This document shows, in pieces, positions 51,796 to 62,042 of a stretch of 64,000 nt of DNA. Numbering within the stretch: the first letter of the stretch is position 1; every line of letters begins with the position of its first letter. The DNA comes from Phycisphaerae bacterium. GTDB taxonomy: Bacteria > Planctomycetota > Phycisphaerae > UBA1845. The stretch lies in assembly GCA_963666835.2 (NCBI GenBank), contig CAXXGO010000006.1:2144001-2208000 (forward strand). The letters are read 5' to 3'. Position numbers and translations under genes: made by a program. The notes beneath the pieces are model-generated. The model was not told where the DNA came from and did not search any database. It saw only the letters and a list, made by a program, of their open reading frames with translations.

Positions 51796-53930
51796 ACACT
51801 CCGGATCCGAAACCTGCTTCGTCCGGGCGTCGTCTGTTCATTGGGACGAATGTCCTGGTCGCGGTTCTTCTGGTGGTTGGTATTGTCGCGGTGCTGCAGG
51901 CCTTCGCCTTCTCGATGGCAGCGCATTGGGACATGACTACCTCGGGAGTGAACAGCTTGGGCGAGGGGACGCAGAATCTGCTCAAGGAACTGGACACGAA
52001 CATCCGGCTGACTTCCCTTTATTTCGAGACCGATCGCGAAGAGGAGGATCAGCAGCGCTACCGCCAGGCGGCACGTAACCTGATCGATCTGTACGAGGTC
52101 ACCAATCGTTCGAAGGTAACGGCGAATTGGATCAACCCTCTGAAGGACCACGATAAACTGAACGCCCTGCTGACGCGGCTGCGCGAGAAACCGGCGTTCA
52201 AGGCGGGGATCGATGCCTACCGGGCGCGCCTGGACGAGTATTCCACGTCGCTGGATCAGAAGATGAAGGCGCTGGTGAAGGCGGAGCTGGATCGCTTGGG
52301 TACGCTCGGCGGCGGAATCGGCGCAGCTCCCGGCCAAGCGGTTGCCTCCGTGGAGAACCTGTTCCTTCGCTGGTCCAGCGAGTTGGAAGCCGCTCCCGAG
52401 CAGATCGAGGCTCTCGTTGCCGGGGACAACCCACAATATACCCTTGCGGGTGAGGAACTCAAATCGCTCTATCGTCAATTCAGCAAAGCGCTGAGCGACG
52501 TGGCGGGTTTCGGCACCAACCAGGTGGCGCGGAATGCGGATCTGCCGGACGACGAGGCCGAGTTCCTGCGTCAGGCGGGCACGCGCTATGCCGACGTGGT
52601 GTCAGCCATAGAGACCGAGCTTACGAAGCTGGAGGAGCTGGAGCCGCTTGAGATCGACGACGTGATGGCTGAATTGGCGCCTACCGGGAACCCGATTCTC
52701 GTGGAGACTGACAACGATGCCCGCGTGGTGGATTTCAGCTCCGTTTGGCCGCCGATTGACCCCAATGTCAGCGGAGCCCGGGCGTCGATCAAACATCGGG
52801 CGTTCAAGGGTGAGGAGAAGGTCACGGCCGCGATTCTCCGGGTGACTCAGAAGGAGCAGACGGCGGTGGTCTTTGTGCGCTACGGAGGAACGCCGCTGTT
52901 TGCCGGCGGTTTCGCACCGGGGCAACCCGTGGGGGCGTACGCGGCAATGAAAGAGCAACTGGAGGACGCGAATTTCGTCGTGTCCGAATGGGATCTCAAG
53001 ACCAGTCCGACCCAGCCGCCGCTCGAGGGCGAACCGACGCGGACGATCTTCGTAGTACTAAAGCCTACGGCGCCGCCACGCGGACCGATGGGGCAGCAAT
53101 CGTCGGAGCCGCCCTTTGTCGACAGTCATCGCGAAGCGCTGGTTAAGGCCATGGGGGACAATCCGCGAGCCCTGTTCATCACCGGTTGGTGGCCCGGCCC
53201 GTTCGGCGTAATCCCGTCCTCTTACGAATACAACGAGTATCTGGAGAGCAACTGGGGTATCGCGGTGGATACGACGGCTTTGCTGGTGCAGACGACAAGC
53301 GTAGAACCCGGGAAGTACAACGTCATGCGCCGGGACTTCTACAGCATGCCCGATACGAATGTAGCGGACCACGAGATCGTTCGGGGGCTCCAGGGCGTGC
53401 GGTTGATCTTGCCGTGGTGCGCGCCCCTTGAACGGGTCGACGACCGCCCCGAGGGCGTGGAAATAGTCGACCTGGTGACCCAACCAGCGGTCGACGGCTT
53501 GTGGGGTATCAAGAACATCAAGAAGTATGAGGATCAGCTCCGCGAGCGCCAGTATTTGACCAAAGTGGATGAAGACCTTGAAGGGCCGTTCACCTTGGCT
53601 ATGGCGGCGACAAAGGGTGAGGGGAAGATCGTTGTGATCAGTGCCCGGGATTTTGCGGTGGACGATGTCGCATTTGCCCGAGAAATGTCCCTGACTCCGC
53701 AAGGCCTCTCGCTTCATTCCCGCAACCCGGGGAACGTCGGCCTGCTCGCCAATTCCTTGCACTGGCTTAACGACAACGTGGAGTATATGAACATCGGCAA
53801 GCCGATTGACGCGGCGGTTCTGGAGGTGGACAAGACGGCCGTCCGGGTCGTTCAGGGGCTTACGATTCTGGTTTGGCCGGTATTGGCTTTGGTCTGTGGT
53901 TTGGTGGCATGGCGCGTTCGACGCAGGTAG
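51786..53930 (+). CDS. GldG-like ABC auxiliary protein with a large helical insertion
   Basis: N-terminal TM, WDMT...SL, FKGEEKVTAAILRVT, NSLHWL, C-terminal TM + WRVRRR. Confidence 0.85.
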   Translation: MAVNTPDPKPASSGRRLFIGTNVLVAVLLVVGIVAVLQAFAFSMAAHWDMTTSGVNSLGEGTQNLLKELDTNIRLTSLYFETDREEEDQQRYRQAARNLIDLYEVTNRSKVTANWINPLKDHDKLNALLTRLREKPAFKAGIDAYRARLDEYSTSLDQKMKALVKAELDRLGTLGGGIGAAPGQAVASVENLFLRWSSELEAAPEQIEALVAGDNPQYTLAGEELKSLYRQFSKALSDVAGFGTNQVARNADLPDDEAEFLRQAGTRYADVVSAIETELTKLEELEPLEIDDVMAELAPTGNPILVETDNDARVVDFSSVWPPIDPNVSGARASIKHRAFKGEEKVTAAILRVTQKEQTAVVFVRYGGTPLFAGGFAPGQPVGAYAAMKEQLEDANFVVSEWDLKTSPTQPPLEGEPTRTIFVVLKPTAPPRGPMGQQSSEPPFVDSHREALVKAMGDNPRALFITGWWPGPFGVIPSSYEYNEYLESNWGIAVDTTALLVQTTSVEPGKYNVMRRDFYSMPDTNVADHEIVRGLQGVRLILPWCAPLERVDDRPEGVEIVDLVTQPAVDGLWGIKNIKKYEDQLRERQYLTKVDEDLEGPFTLAMAATKGEGKIVVISARDFAVDDVAFAREMSLTPQGLSLHSRNPGNVGLLANSLHWLNDNVEYMNIGKPIDAAVLEVDKTAVRVVQGLTILVWPVLALVCGLVAWRVRRR

Positions 53931-53936
53931 GACACG

Positions 53937-56279
53937 ATGAATCCGAGAACTACGATCATACTAGCGGTAGCTTTGGCCTTTCTGGGGCTGGGGTACTTCA
54001 CTTTTAAGCTGTCTTCCTCGTCCACCTCGGATAATGTGGTCGAGGCGTCTACCGAAAGTGACACGGGTGTGGCCCGAAAGGTGCTGGGAGCCGACCTGGG
54101 CGATGTGGTCAAGATCGTCTGCCGGCACGCCGCCGGGGACGAGTGGGTGTTCGAGAAGCAAGATGCCGCCGACGGCGAAACTCCGGCGGCAGGACAGTGG
54201 CGGATGACCGCTCCGCGAGATCTGCCGGTGGTTCGGTGGGAGGTTGAACGGATCAGCAATCGCCTCACCCGTCTGGACTACGAGGTCGACTACCCGGCGG
54301 GGGCTCCCGGTGGAGTCACGCCCGCGGCCGCCGGATTGGATCAGCCGGAAGTTACGGTGGTTTTGCACGACGCCGAAGGACAGACAGAAACGGTGGAGAT
54401 TGGAAAACCGGCATCGGCCGAGGCGACGTACGTGCGTGTAGCCGGCAGCGATACGATCCTTGTGGGGAAAGACTCGCTCGATGACCTGCTCAAGGCGCAT
54501 GCCTGGGAGTATCGCGACCGGCTGTTGTGGTCGTTTAAGGCCGAAGACGTTACTCGGGTGGAAATCGCCGACCAGGCGGGCGCCGATGAGGCCAACAGCT
54601 TCGTTTTCGCCAAGGATGGGGCTCGGTGGATGATGGAGGCGCCGGCCGCGGCGCGGGCAACCTCCAAGGTGGACGAGCTGTTGCGGAGCATGGGGAATCT
54701 GCGAGTTACCGAGTGGTTGGACGACCGGCCGGACCGGGTAGCCTCATACGGGCTCGATCCGGCGGCGTTGACGCTGCGCATTACGGTGACGGAGGAGGTT
54801 GCCCCGCCGGAACCGGACGAGGAGGAAGGCGAAGACGCTACGAGCTCTGAAGAGGGCGAAGAGCCGGCGGAGCCGCAGTTGGTGACGAAGGTCTACGAAT
54901 TGGACGTGTCGGATCGCTCGCCCATCGGCGATGAGACGAAGGTCTATGTTCGAGTGAGTGGCGAGACGGGAGTCGGCACGATTCCGAAGACCACCGCGGA
55001 CCAGTTCCGCCCCGTGATGGCCGAGTGGCGGGAGATGGGCATAACCAATGCGGACGTCGGGGCGGCGGAACGCGTTGAGCTGACCACGCCCGAGGGTGGG
55101 GTGATCCTGGCAAAGAAAGACGGCCACTGGCTGTTTGCTGAGGATGACGCCCGGGCTGAGGACTCGGCGGTTCAGGATCTGTTGGATGCGATCGCCGGGT
55201 TGAAGGCTGTCGTGTTTGTGGATGGTCCCGTGAATGACCCGGCTGAGTTCGGCTTGGATGAACCGGTTGCACAGGTTCGATTGACGATCCCCGGAACCGG
55301 TGATGTTGAGCGTATTGCCGTCGGTGGATACACGGACCCCGGCACGAAACGTCTGGTCTATGTCCGACGTGGGGAGGGGGCGGTAGCGAAGGTGCGGGCC
55401 GGCGACGTGAAGCTGCTCCTGCGAAATCCGCGCGATTACCGCGACCGTACTGTGTTTGATGTTGCGGCGGTCGATATTGGAGTGATTACGCTGGATACCC
55501 CGGGGGCGTGCGGTGATGGCCGCGGTTCGGTTACTTTGGGCCGGGCGGGGGAGTCGTGGGCGATTACCGCTCCGGCGGAGGCGCCGGCTCGTGAGCAGGA
55601 TGTGGTCAAGTTGGTCGACGCCCTGGCGGGGCTTCGAGCGGAGGAGGTTGTGGCCGCTTCGGGCGATAGCGCTGAGTATGAGTTTGGTGATCCTGCGATC
55701 GAGATTTCGTTAACGAATACGTCGACTTCGGAAGTTACGTCGCTCGCCGTCGTTGAACAGGGCGGGAAGATCTATGGCAAGCGAGGTGACGAGCCTACGG
55801 TCTACCGACTGACGCGGGCATTTTACGAACTTCTCTCGGGAGAGTATCGCGACGGCCGGGTGATGACCTTCGAAGACGGCGCGGTAACGAGAATGTCAAT
55901 ACGGTCCGGTGAATCAACCCATGTATTCAATCGCGCTGCCGGCCAGTGGACGTACGAGGCCGAGCCGGATCTGCCGCTCGATTCGGCGAAGATCGAGAAC
56001 CTGTTGTTGCAGATTGGTGATTTGCGAACGAGTCGTTTCGTGGCGTACGTTGCCGACGAGCTTTCTGCGTACGGGCTATCCGATCCGGTCCACGAGGTCA
56101 CCATATCGATGGACGATGAGTCGAGCGTGACTCTCTTTGTTTCAGGTCAAACCTGCCGGTCGTCACCGCGCGAAGGGTACTACGCTACGGTGCAGGGATC
56201 ACGGTCCGTTTTCCTGCTGACCTCGGATACAATCAACCGTTTTTCGGTGTCACTCGATCAACTTGAGGCTGAGAAGTAG
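53937..56279 (+). CDS. Multi-repeat DUF4340-like periplasmic protein
   Basis: N-terminal TM; several W-x-(M/I)-x-AP...(Y/F)GLDxP...YRD repeats; last gene of the GldAFG-like module. Confidence 0.82.
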   Translation: MNPRTTIILAVALAFLGLGYFTFKLSSSSTSDNVVEASTESDTGVARKVLGADLGDVVKIVCRHAAGDEWVFEKQDAADGETPAAGQWRMTAPRDLPVVRWEVERISNRLTRLDYEVDYPAGAPGGVTPAAAGLDQPEVTVVLHDAEGQTETVEIGKPASAEATYVRVAGSDTILVGKDSLDDLLKAHAWEYRDRLLWSFKAEDVTRVEIADQAGADEANSFVFAKDGARWMMEAPAAARATSKVDELLRSMGNLRVTEWLDDRPDRVASYGLDPAALTLRITVTEEVAPPEPDEEEGEDATSSEEGEEPAEPQLVTKVYELDVSDRSPIGDETKVYVRVSGETGVGTIPKTTADQFRPVMAEWREMGITNADVGAAERVELTTPEGGVILAKKDGHWLFAEDDARAEDSAVQDLLDAIAGLKAVVFVDGPVNDPAEFGLDEPVAQVRLTIPGTGDVERIAVGGYTDPGTKRLVYVRRGEGAVAKVRAGDVKLLLRNPRDYRDRTVFDVAAVDIGVITLDTPGACGDGRGSVTLGRAGESWAITAPAEAPAREQDVVKLVDALAGLRAEEVVAASGDSAEYEFGDPAIEISLTNTSTSEVTSLAVVEQGGKIYGKRGDEPTVYRLTRAFYELLSGEYRDGRVMTFEDGAVTRMSIRSGESTHVFNRAAGQWTYEAEPDLPLDSAKIENLLLQIGDLRTSRFVAYVADELSAYGLSDPVHEVTISMDDESSVTLFVSGQTCRSSPREGYYATVQGSRSVFLLTSDTINRFSVSLDQLEAEK

Positions 56280-56852
56280 TCCGGCACCTGCGTTCACCGG
56301 ATAGTCGGGCTGAGGGGCGCATAGGGGAGATGTGTTCCGAATCGGATCGGAAATACGTCATCAGTTAATTTTGGTAAGTATTCGCCCGGTTTTTTCCCAG
56401 AGATTCATAGTAGCTTTGCTGGACTAGCTTGCTGGAATCTATTAAGGTGTCGATGGACGCAGTGGTGCTGCGGGTGGCTTCGTCTTTCGCTTGAATCCCG
56501 TCCAGTACTGCATTAGCATCCTACGCATGGTGCTTGATGACAGCCGTTGAGGCCGTATGTTGTCGCCCACAACGGAGCGCGTCGTCGGCCGGACTTCGGG
56601 AGTTATCTCCATTCCGCGGAGCTGGCGTCGGCGATCGAAGGATGTTGTGGGACACGGCGGTTGCAAGACGGCTGCGGTGGGGAAGGGCGCGCCGTGTACG
56701 AAGGTGTGGCCTCTAAGTGGGAGGCGATTCGAGAGAGGCGGGTGGTTTGATGAGAGCCGCTCGTTCAGGAAGGTTCGGTTTCCGGCGAATGTTCGCGTGC
56801 GCTTGTGCCGTGAGCGTCAATGTCGGCTGGGCTCGTGAAAGGAAGGGTTAAC

Positions 56853-57458
56853 ATGGCTGTGCGACATCATATCAAGGTGCTGGTAATCGATGACGATCCG
56901 TCAATCTGCAAGACCGTAGGCCTTCTGCTGGAGGACCACGGCTACAACCCGCGGACCTTTACGGATCCGGAGGAAGCCGTGGCGGCGGCAGCGAAGGAGT
57001 CTTTCCAGGTATCGCTGATCGATCTGCGCATGCCGTCGATGGATGGTGTCGAGGTGGTCGAACGGCTCAAGAAGATTGATACCCGGATGAGCTGCATCGT
57101 TATGACGGCTTATCCGGATCTCGACAGTGCTACGGAGACGATGCGTCGCGGATCGTGCGACTACATCTCCAAGCCGTTCAAGCAGGAGGAACTTGTTGCG
57201 TCAGTGGACCGGGCGTGCCAGCGCATGGGCATCATCTATACGGATGAGGCCGAGCTGAATCGTCTGATTGGCCAGCGCATTCGGAGCCATCGTCTGAGCC
57301 AGAATCTGACCTTGCGTCAGTTGTCGGATCGGACGGATTTGACGACGTCGCAGTTGTCGCAGGTCGAATTGGGCAAGAATGCCGCGTCTATCTGGGCGCT
57401 CGCGCGGATCAGTAACTCGCTGGGGTTGCAGGTTTCGGAGTTGCTCGCGGGGCTGTAG
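56853..57458 (+). CDS. Response regulator with C-terminal XRE/Cro HTH
   Basis: VIDDD, LIDLRMP (phospho-Asp), MTAY, KPF; then IGQRIRSHR...LSQVELG. Confidence 0.92.
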   Translation: MAVRHHIKVLVIDDDPSICKTVGLLLEDHGYNPRTFTDPEEAVAAAAKESFQVSLIDLRMPSMDGVEVVERLKKIDTRMSCIVMTAYPDLDSATETMRRGSCDYISKPFKQEELVASVDRACQRMGIIYTDEAELNRLIGQRIRSHRLSQNLTLRQLSDRTDLTTSQLSQVELGKNAASIWALARISNSLGLQVSELLAGL

Positions 57459-57595
57459 CGATAAGGCGTCTTCCGGCGCCGGTTGTAGAAGGTGCCCCGG
57501 GGCTATTGCGTTATTAGAACGTACAGACGGCCTGTCCGGCCGCCCATTTCAGGTGGGCCGGGCGGGCCGTAGTTTTGTGCGGGCAAGTAGCCGGT

Positions 57596-58648
57596 TCAGT
57601 TGTTGATAGCGCGCCGAATGTAATCGGCGCGAGCGATGCCGCGTTCTCGTCCTTCGAGCGGGCCGCCGCACACTTTCTGAATATGCGCGGGTTGGGTGCG
57701 GAGGAAGATGTCATTGAGCGTGTCGAGACCGAACCGGTCGAATCTGCCCATGTGAATTGCCATGCGAATGGGCGAAAGCAGCGATTGGGTCTCGGTGCTG
57801 CTGATGCAGCGGGCATTCGTAAGAGTGCCGTAGGCTCGCCAGATTCGGTCGTCGAGCTGATGGGCGAGGTTCTTGGCCAGCGAATCCCGCGCTGCTCGTT
57901 CGTATTCGACTATCTTGGGGATTATCTTGTTTCCGAAAACGTTGATGATCTCCGCCTCGGTTTGCCCGAGGGTGATCTGATTCGATACCTGATAAAGATC
58001 GCCGATGGCCTCGGTGCCTTCGCCCTGCATGCCGCGGACCGCCAGGCGGAGGTCTCGCACCGCGCGGTCCACGCGGTCTATTTCCTTAGTCAGTTTCAAG
58101 GCCGGCAGATGCACCATGACCGAAACCCGCATGCCGGTTCCGACGTTGGTGGGGCAAGCCGTGAGGAAACCGAACTCGCTATCGAAAGCGAAGGCCAGGC
58201 TTGCACTCAGAGTATCATCAAGGTGGTTTACCTCTTCCCACAGCGAGTCGAGCTGAAGGCCGCTGCGCAGCACCTGGATCCGCAGGTGGTCTTCCTCGTT
58301 GATCATCAGGGCTTGAGTCTCGGACGATGAGATGCTCACGCCCCGCGGTCCCTCTGCCAGGGCGTGCTGGCGGCTGATTAAGTGCCGCTCGACCAGCGCC
58401 TGACGATCACCGGAACTCGCCTCCGCCAAGTCTACTATTAGGGCGTCGGACCCGATTGACGAGCCGGCTATCGTGTGCGTCAGGGAATCGTAGATGTCTT
58501 TACGTTCCGCTTCGTCGGCGGTAGCAAGAAAACGATGCTCTGCCAAGTTGCGGGCGAGACGGGCTCGGGAGGAAATGACGACATCCGCGAGAGGACCGAC
58601 CCCCCGCAACCACTCGCCGGTATTCCCCGTCAACTCGTTGAGAGTCAT
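57596..58648 (-). CDS. mcsB: Protein arginine kinase
   Basis: ISSRARLARN, LVERHLIS, INEEDHLRIQ, LTACPTNVGTG, QVSNQITLG. Confidence 0.94.
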   Translation of the reverse strand: MTLNELTGNTGEWLRGVGPLADVVISSRARLARNLAEHRFLATADEAERKDIYDSLTHTIAGSSIGSDALIVDLAEASSGDRQALVERHLISRQHALAEGPRGVSISSSETQALMINEEDHLRIQVLRSGLQLDSLWEEVNHLDDTLSASLAFAFDSEFGFLTACPTNVGTGMRVSVMVHLPALKLTKEIDRVDRAVRDLRLAVRGMQGEGTEAIGDLYQVSNQITLGQTEAEIINVFGNKIIPKIVEYERAARDSLAKNLAHQLDDRIWRAYGTLTNARCISSTETQSLLSPIRMAIHMGRFDRFGLDTLNDIFLRTQPAHIQKVCGGPLEGRERGIARADYIRRAINN

Positions 58649-59151
58649 GCGGATTCCCCGGAATCCAGAAGCCGGATTTTGTCGCGGATTTGCGCGGCTA
58701 GCTCGTAATTCTCTTGTTCGATTGCGTCCTGGAGGGCACGTTGCAGGCGGAGCGACTCGGTCTGGCGTTTCACCGTCGAGCCTGCATTCTGCGGGACCTT
58801 CCCTATGTGTTGAACGGCGCCATCGTGAGCTCGTTTGATCAAGGACTTGAGCGGCTCTCGAAACACCTCATAGTCGTTGGGGCAGCCGAGCTGGCCTTTC
58901 GTGCGGAATTCCCGAAAAGTCAGACCGCACTCCGGGCAAGCGTAATCATCGGCACTACTACTTCCCCCGGCGGTTTTGTGTTTGATGAACTCCTGCAGAA
59001 TCGCGTTCGTGGTCGGTTGGGAGTGTTTGATAATCACTCCTTCCTTCTCAGCGCAATCCTCGCACAGATGCAGCTCACGCTTCTCCGGGAGCGTGTCCGT
59101 GATGTGTACGGTAGCTTTCGCTTGCTTGCAGTGTTGACAGAGCATGCTCAT
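58645..59151 (-). CDS. mcsA: McsA activator (CxxC motifs + UVR coil)
   Basis: CQHC, CEDC, CPEC, GCPNDY, ENYELAAQIRD; ATGA overlap with mcsB. Confidence 0.92.
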   Translation of the reverse strand: MSMLCQHCKQAKATVHITDTLPEKRELHLCEDCAEKEGVIIKHSQPTTNAILQEFIKHKTAGGSSSADDYACPECGLTFREFRTKGQLGCPNDYEVFREPLKSLIKRAHDGAVQHIGKVPQNAGSTVKRQTESLRLQRALQDAIEQENYELAAQIRDKIRLLDSGESA

Positions 59152-59220
59152 GCGCGACGTTGTTCTTTCCGACTGACTACCGGTTCCAGACGGGGATTCT
59201 ACGAATCGCCCATTCTGCCG

Positions 59221-59610
59221 TCAATCAGGCGAGGTGTCCGGCTCGGGGTCGGAAGTTGCAGCGGCAATACAGCCGGGAGTCTCGGTTACTTCGACACGGT
59301 GCGCCGCGGTCAATCCACCGGCGCAGATTCGGCTTAACAGATACCCCGCGAGCACCTCGGCCGTGGGGTAGGGGCGCGCCAGCTCTGGTACGGTGTTCAG
59401 ATCCCTTCCGTCGATATCGGCCAACACGGCGCGGAGGTGGTCTTGGGCTATCTGGAAGTCGAGGACCATGCCGAATTCGTCCAGCTCAGGACGCGAAACG
59501 TGCATGCGAACTGTCCACGAATGCTCGTGCGGCGGCTCCGTCGTTCCGTCGTGGAGGCGAACATGATGAGTTGCGTCAAACCGAGCCTCGACGATGATCG
59601 TGTGCAACAT
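59221..59610 (-). CDS. 6-pyruvoyltetrahydropterin synthase family protein with PTPS-III-like motif
   Basis: FDATH, EPPHEHSW, GMVLDF, PTAE, VTETP; start MLHTII. Confidence 0.85.
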   Translation of the reverse strand: MLHTIIVEARFDATHHVRLHDGTTEPPHEHSWTVRMHVSRPELDEFGMVLDFQIAQDHLRAVLADIDGRDLNTVPELARPYPTAEVLAGYLLSRICAGGLTAAHRVEVTETPGCIAAATSDPEPDTSPD

Positions 59611-59739
59611 GGTTGAGAGATCCTGGAGGACCAGGAGCGGGTTTCTGTCATCCCGCCGCCAACGCGGATTGTATGCGAGCTGAGCCAACAGGGCACGTGC
59701 GGGATTGACCCTGCCGAGGGGCACATGTAGCATCGAAAC

Positions 59740-61257
59740 ATGCTGCACTTTCAGCCAACTCGTGCCGAGTTTGCCGATTTCGCGCGCGATGCCAACGCGA
59801 TTCCGGTGTCTTGCAGCCTTCTAAGCGATCAACTTACGCCCGTGTCGGCGTTCGACCGGATTTCGGAGGGTCAGGAGCACGCCTTTCTGCTCGAGAGTGT
59901 GGTCGGGGGAGAGAAGATTGCGCGGTACTCGTTCCTTGGCGTAGGACCTATCGCGCGAGTTGAGGCGACCGGTGATGCGACAACGGTGGTAACGCCGGAT
60001 GGTCGCCGGGAGTACACCGGATCCGACCCGCTGAAGAGCCTGGAGCAGCTTCTGGGCAGGTATCGGGCGGTGCATCCTGCGGGGCTGCCGCGTTTCTGCG
60101 GCGGGGCGGTCGGGTATGCCGGTTACGATATCGCCCGGTATTACGAGAAGCTTAAAGAGCCGCCCGCCGACGATCGCGGACTGCCGGATTTGCAGTTCGG
60201 TATTTATGACCTGATGGTCATCTTCGATCACGTGTGCAAGCTCGTGCACGTTGTAGCTCATGCGCATGTTGACGGAGCTACTTCGCTGGAGGCGGCTTAT
60301 GATCGGACCTGTGCGCGACTGCAATCGGTGGTGGAGCGACTGGCGGAGGTCCGTGCCGCGCCGTTACGCCCACTGGGTGCGATGACATCCGAAGGGGCGG
60401 CATACGAGAGCAACTTCGCTCCCGACGAGTTCGCGGAGGTAGTAGACCGGTGCAAGGAGTATATTCGCGCCGGGGACATCTTCCAGGTAGTGATCTCGCA
60501 ACGGCTTACGGCGGTGACCGAGGCGTCCCCTTTTGACGTCTACCGGGCGTTACGCGTCATCAACCCGTCACCTTTTATGTTCTTCATGCAAACACCGGCG
60601 GTTACCCTTGTCGGGGCTTCTCCGGAGATCCTTTGCCGTCTCGAGGGGCGGACGGTGTCGACCCGGCCGTTGGCGGGAACGCGTCTACGGGGCAAGACGG
60701 AAGCGGAGGACCTGGGGCTCGAGAGGGAGTTGCTGGCGGATCCGAAGGAACGCGCCGAGCATGTTATGTTGGTTGATCTGGGGCGAAACGACCTTGGCCG
60801 CGTGTGTGAGCCGGGCAGCGTGCGGATTGACGACCTGATGTCTATCGAGCGTTACAGCCATGTCATGCACATCTGCAGCAACGTCTCCGGAACGCTGGCC
60901 CCGGGAAAAACCGCGTTCGACGCGATTCGGAGTGTACTTCCGGTAGGGACGGTGAGCGGGGCGCCGAAAGTCCGGGCGATGCAGATCATTGACGAGTTCG
61001 AGACCGTGCGCCGCGGGCCGTACGCTGGGGCGGTCGGCTATATCGACTTCGCCGGCAACATGGACACGTGCATCGCGTTGCGGACCCTGGTGATTACGCC
61101 CAACCCGGCCGGGGGGAACAGGGTCGATGCCCAGGTCGGCGCGGGGATCGTGGCCGACTCCGAACCGGTCAGAGAGTATCAGGAGACCTTGAACAAGGCC
61201 CAGAGCACACTGGAAGCTCTGCGGGTGGCCAATGCGTGGATCCGCCGCGACGTTTGA
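59740..61257 (+). CDS. trpE: Anthranilate synthase component I
   Basis: FLLESV, GDIFQVV, NPSPFM, RPLAGT, EHVMLVDLGRND, GTVSGAPK, GAGIVADS; PabB not fully excluded. Confidence 0.88.
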   Translation: MLHFQPTRAEFADFARDANAIPVSCSLLSDQLTPVSAFDRISEGQEHAFLLESVVGGEKIARYSFLGVGPIARVEATGDATTVVTPDGRREYTGSDPLKSLEQLLGRYRAVHPAGLPRFCGGAVGYAGYDIARYYEKLKEPPADDRGLPDLQFGIYDLMVIFDHVCKLVHVVAHAHVDGATSLEAAYDRTCARLQSVVERLAEVRAAPLRPLGAMTSEGAAYESNFAPDEFAEVVDRCKEYIRAGDIFQVVISQRLTAVTEASPFDVYRALRVINPSPFMFFMQTPAVTLVGASPEILCRLEGRTVSTRPLAGTRLRGKTEAEDLGLERELLADPKERAEHVMLVDLGRNDLGRVCEPGSVRIDDLMSIERYSHVMHICSNVSGTLAPGKTAFDAIRSVLPVGTVSGAPKVRAMQIIDEFETVRRGPYAGAVGYIDFAGNMDTCIALRTLVITPNPAGGNRVDAQVGAGIVADSEPVREYQETLNKAQSTLEALRVANAWIRRDV

Positions 61258-61296
61258 CAGGGTTGGCAAGGGGCGAGACTGGCCAACGCAAAGGGC

Positions 61297-61713
61297 TCAG
61301 ACCGATTCAGTTCTCTCCAGCGGGTCCGCCCCGAGCACTTCGCAGGCTCGGGTTGCGTCGTCGACGCTAAGGACCAACTCACAGGCGGCTCCTGAAGCCC
61401 CGGCGCCGTAGATGTAGCTGATATTGACGCTTGCCTCGGCAAGAGTTGTGGCGATTCGCTCGAGTTCCCCGGGCTTGTTGGCGACTTCGAGAGTTAAGAC
61501 GTTTTCGGTAAGAAAACGATACCCCTTTCCCTCCAATGCGACGGTTGCCCGATCCGCAGGAGTGGCCACGATGTTCACCCAGACACAATCCGTGTCCTCT
61601 GAGATGCAGAGGGCCTCGATATTCACGTCAACGCTACGAAGATCGTGGCAGAGCTTGGCCAACATTCCAGGCTTGTTGTCGATCCCCACACAGAACTGCG
61701 TCTTCTGGAACAT
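61297..61713 (-). CDS. Tandem ACT domain protein
   Basis: Two NKPGxL...(D/S)VNI repeats. Confidence 0.9.
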   Translation of the reverse strand: MFQKTQFCVGIDNKPGMLAKLCHDLRSVDVNIEALCISEDTDCVWVNIVATPADRATVALEGKGYRFLTENVLTLEVANKPGELERIATTLAEASVNISYIYGAGASGAACELVLSVDDATRACEVLGADPLERTESV

Positions 61714-62042
61714 CACATACTCCCCGGGCCACTGAGACCCAAGCCCTTACCGCCGCGGTCCGGCCGACCAGCCACAAGCGGCGTAGCGTCCATGCCCGTC
61801 CAGTATACCAGTTTGTCAAGTCAGCGCGAAGGCGACTTCGGATGCGCTGATGCGGCATTGGCGCGCGCTTCCTCCATCGTCGCACTATAGCTGCCTACGT
61901 ACACACTGTAATTCGTGCTTGGCGATTGCGGGGTGCGGACGTTCGGCGGGGAGGATCGAACCGTTGGTTGGCGGCGGTCGTCGGGTAGATTGCAGCTCCG
62001 TTCGGCTTGCCCAAGCGCTTCGGAGCCCGGATGATCGGGGGC

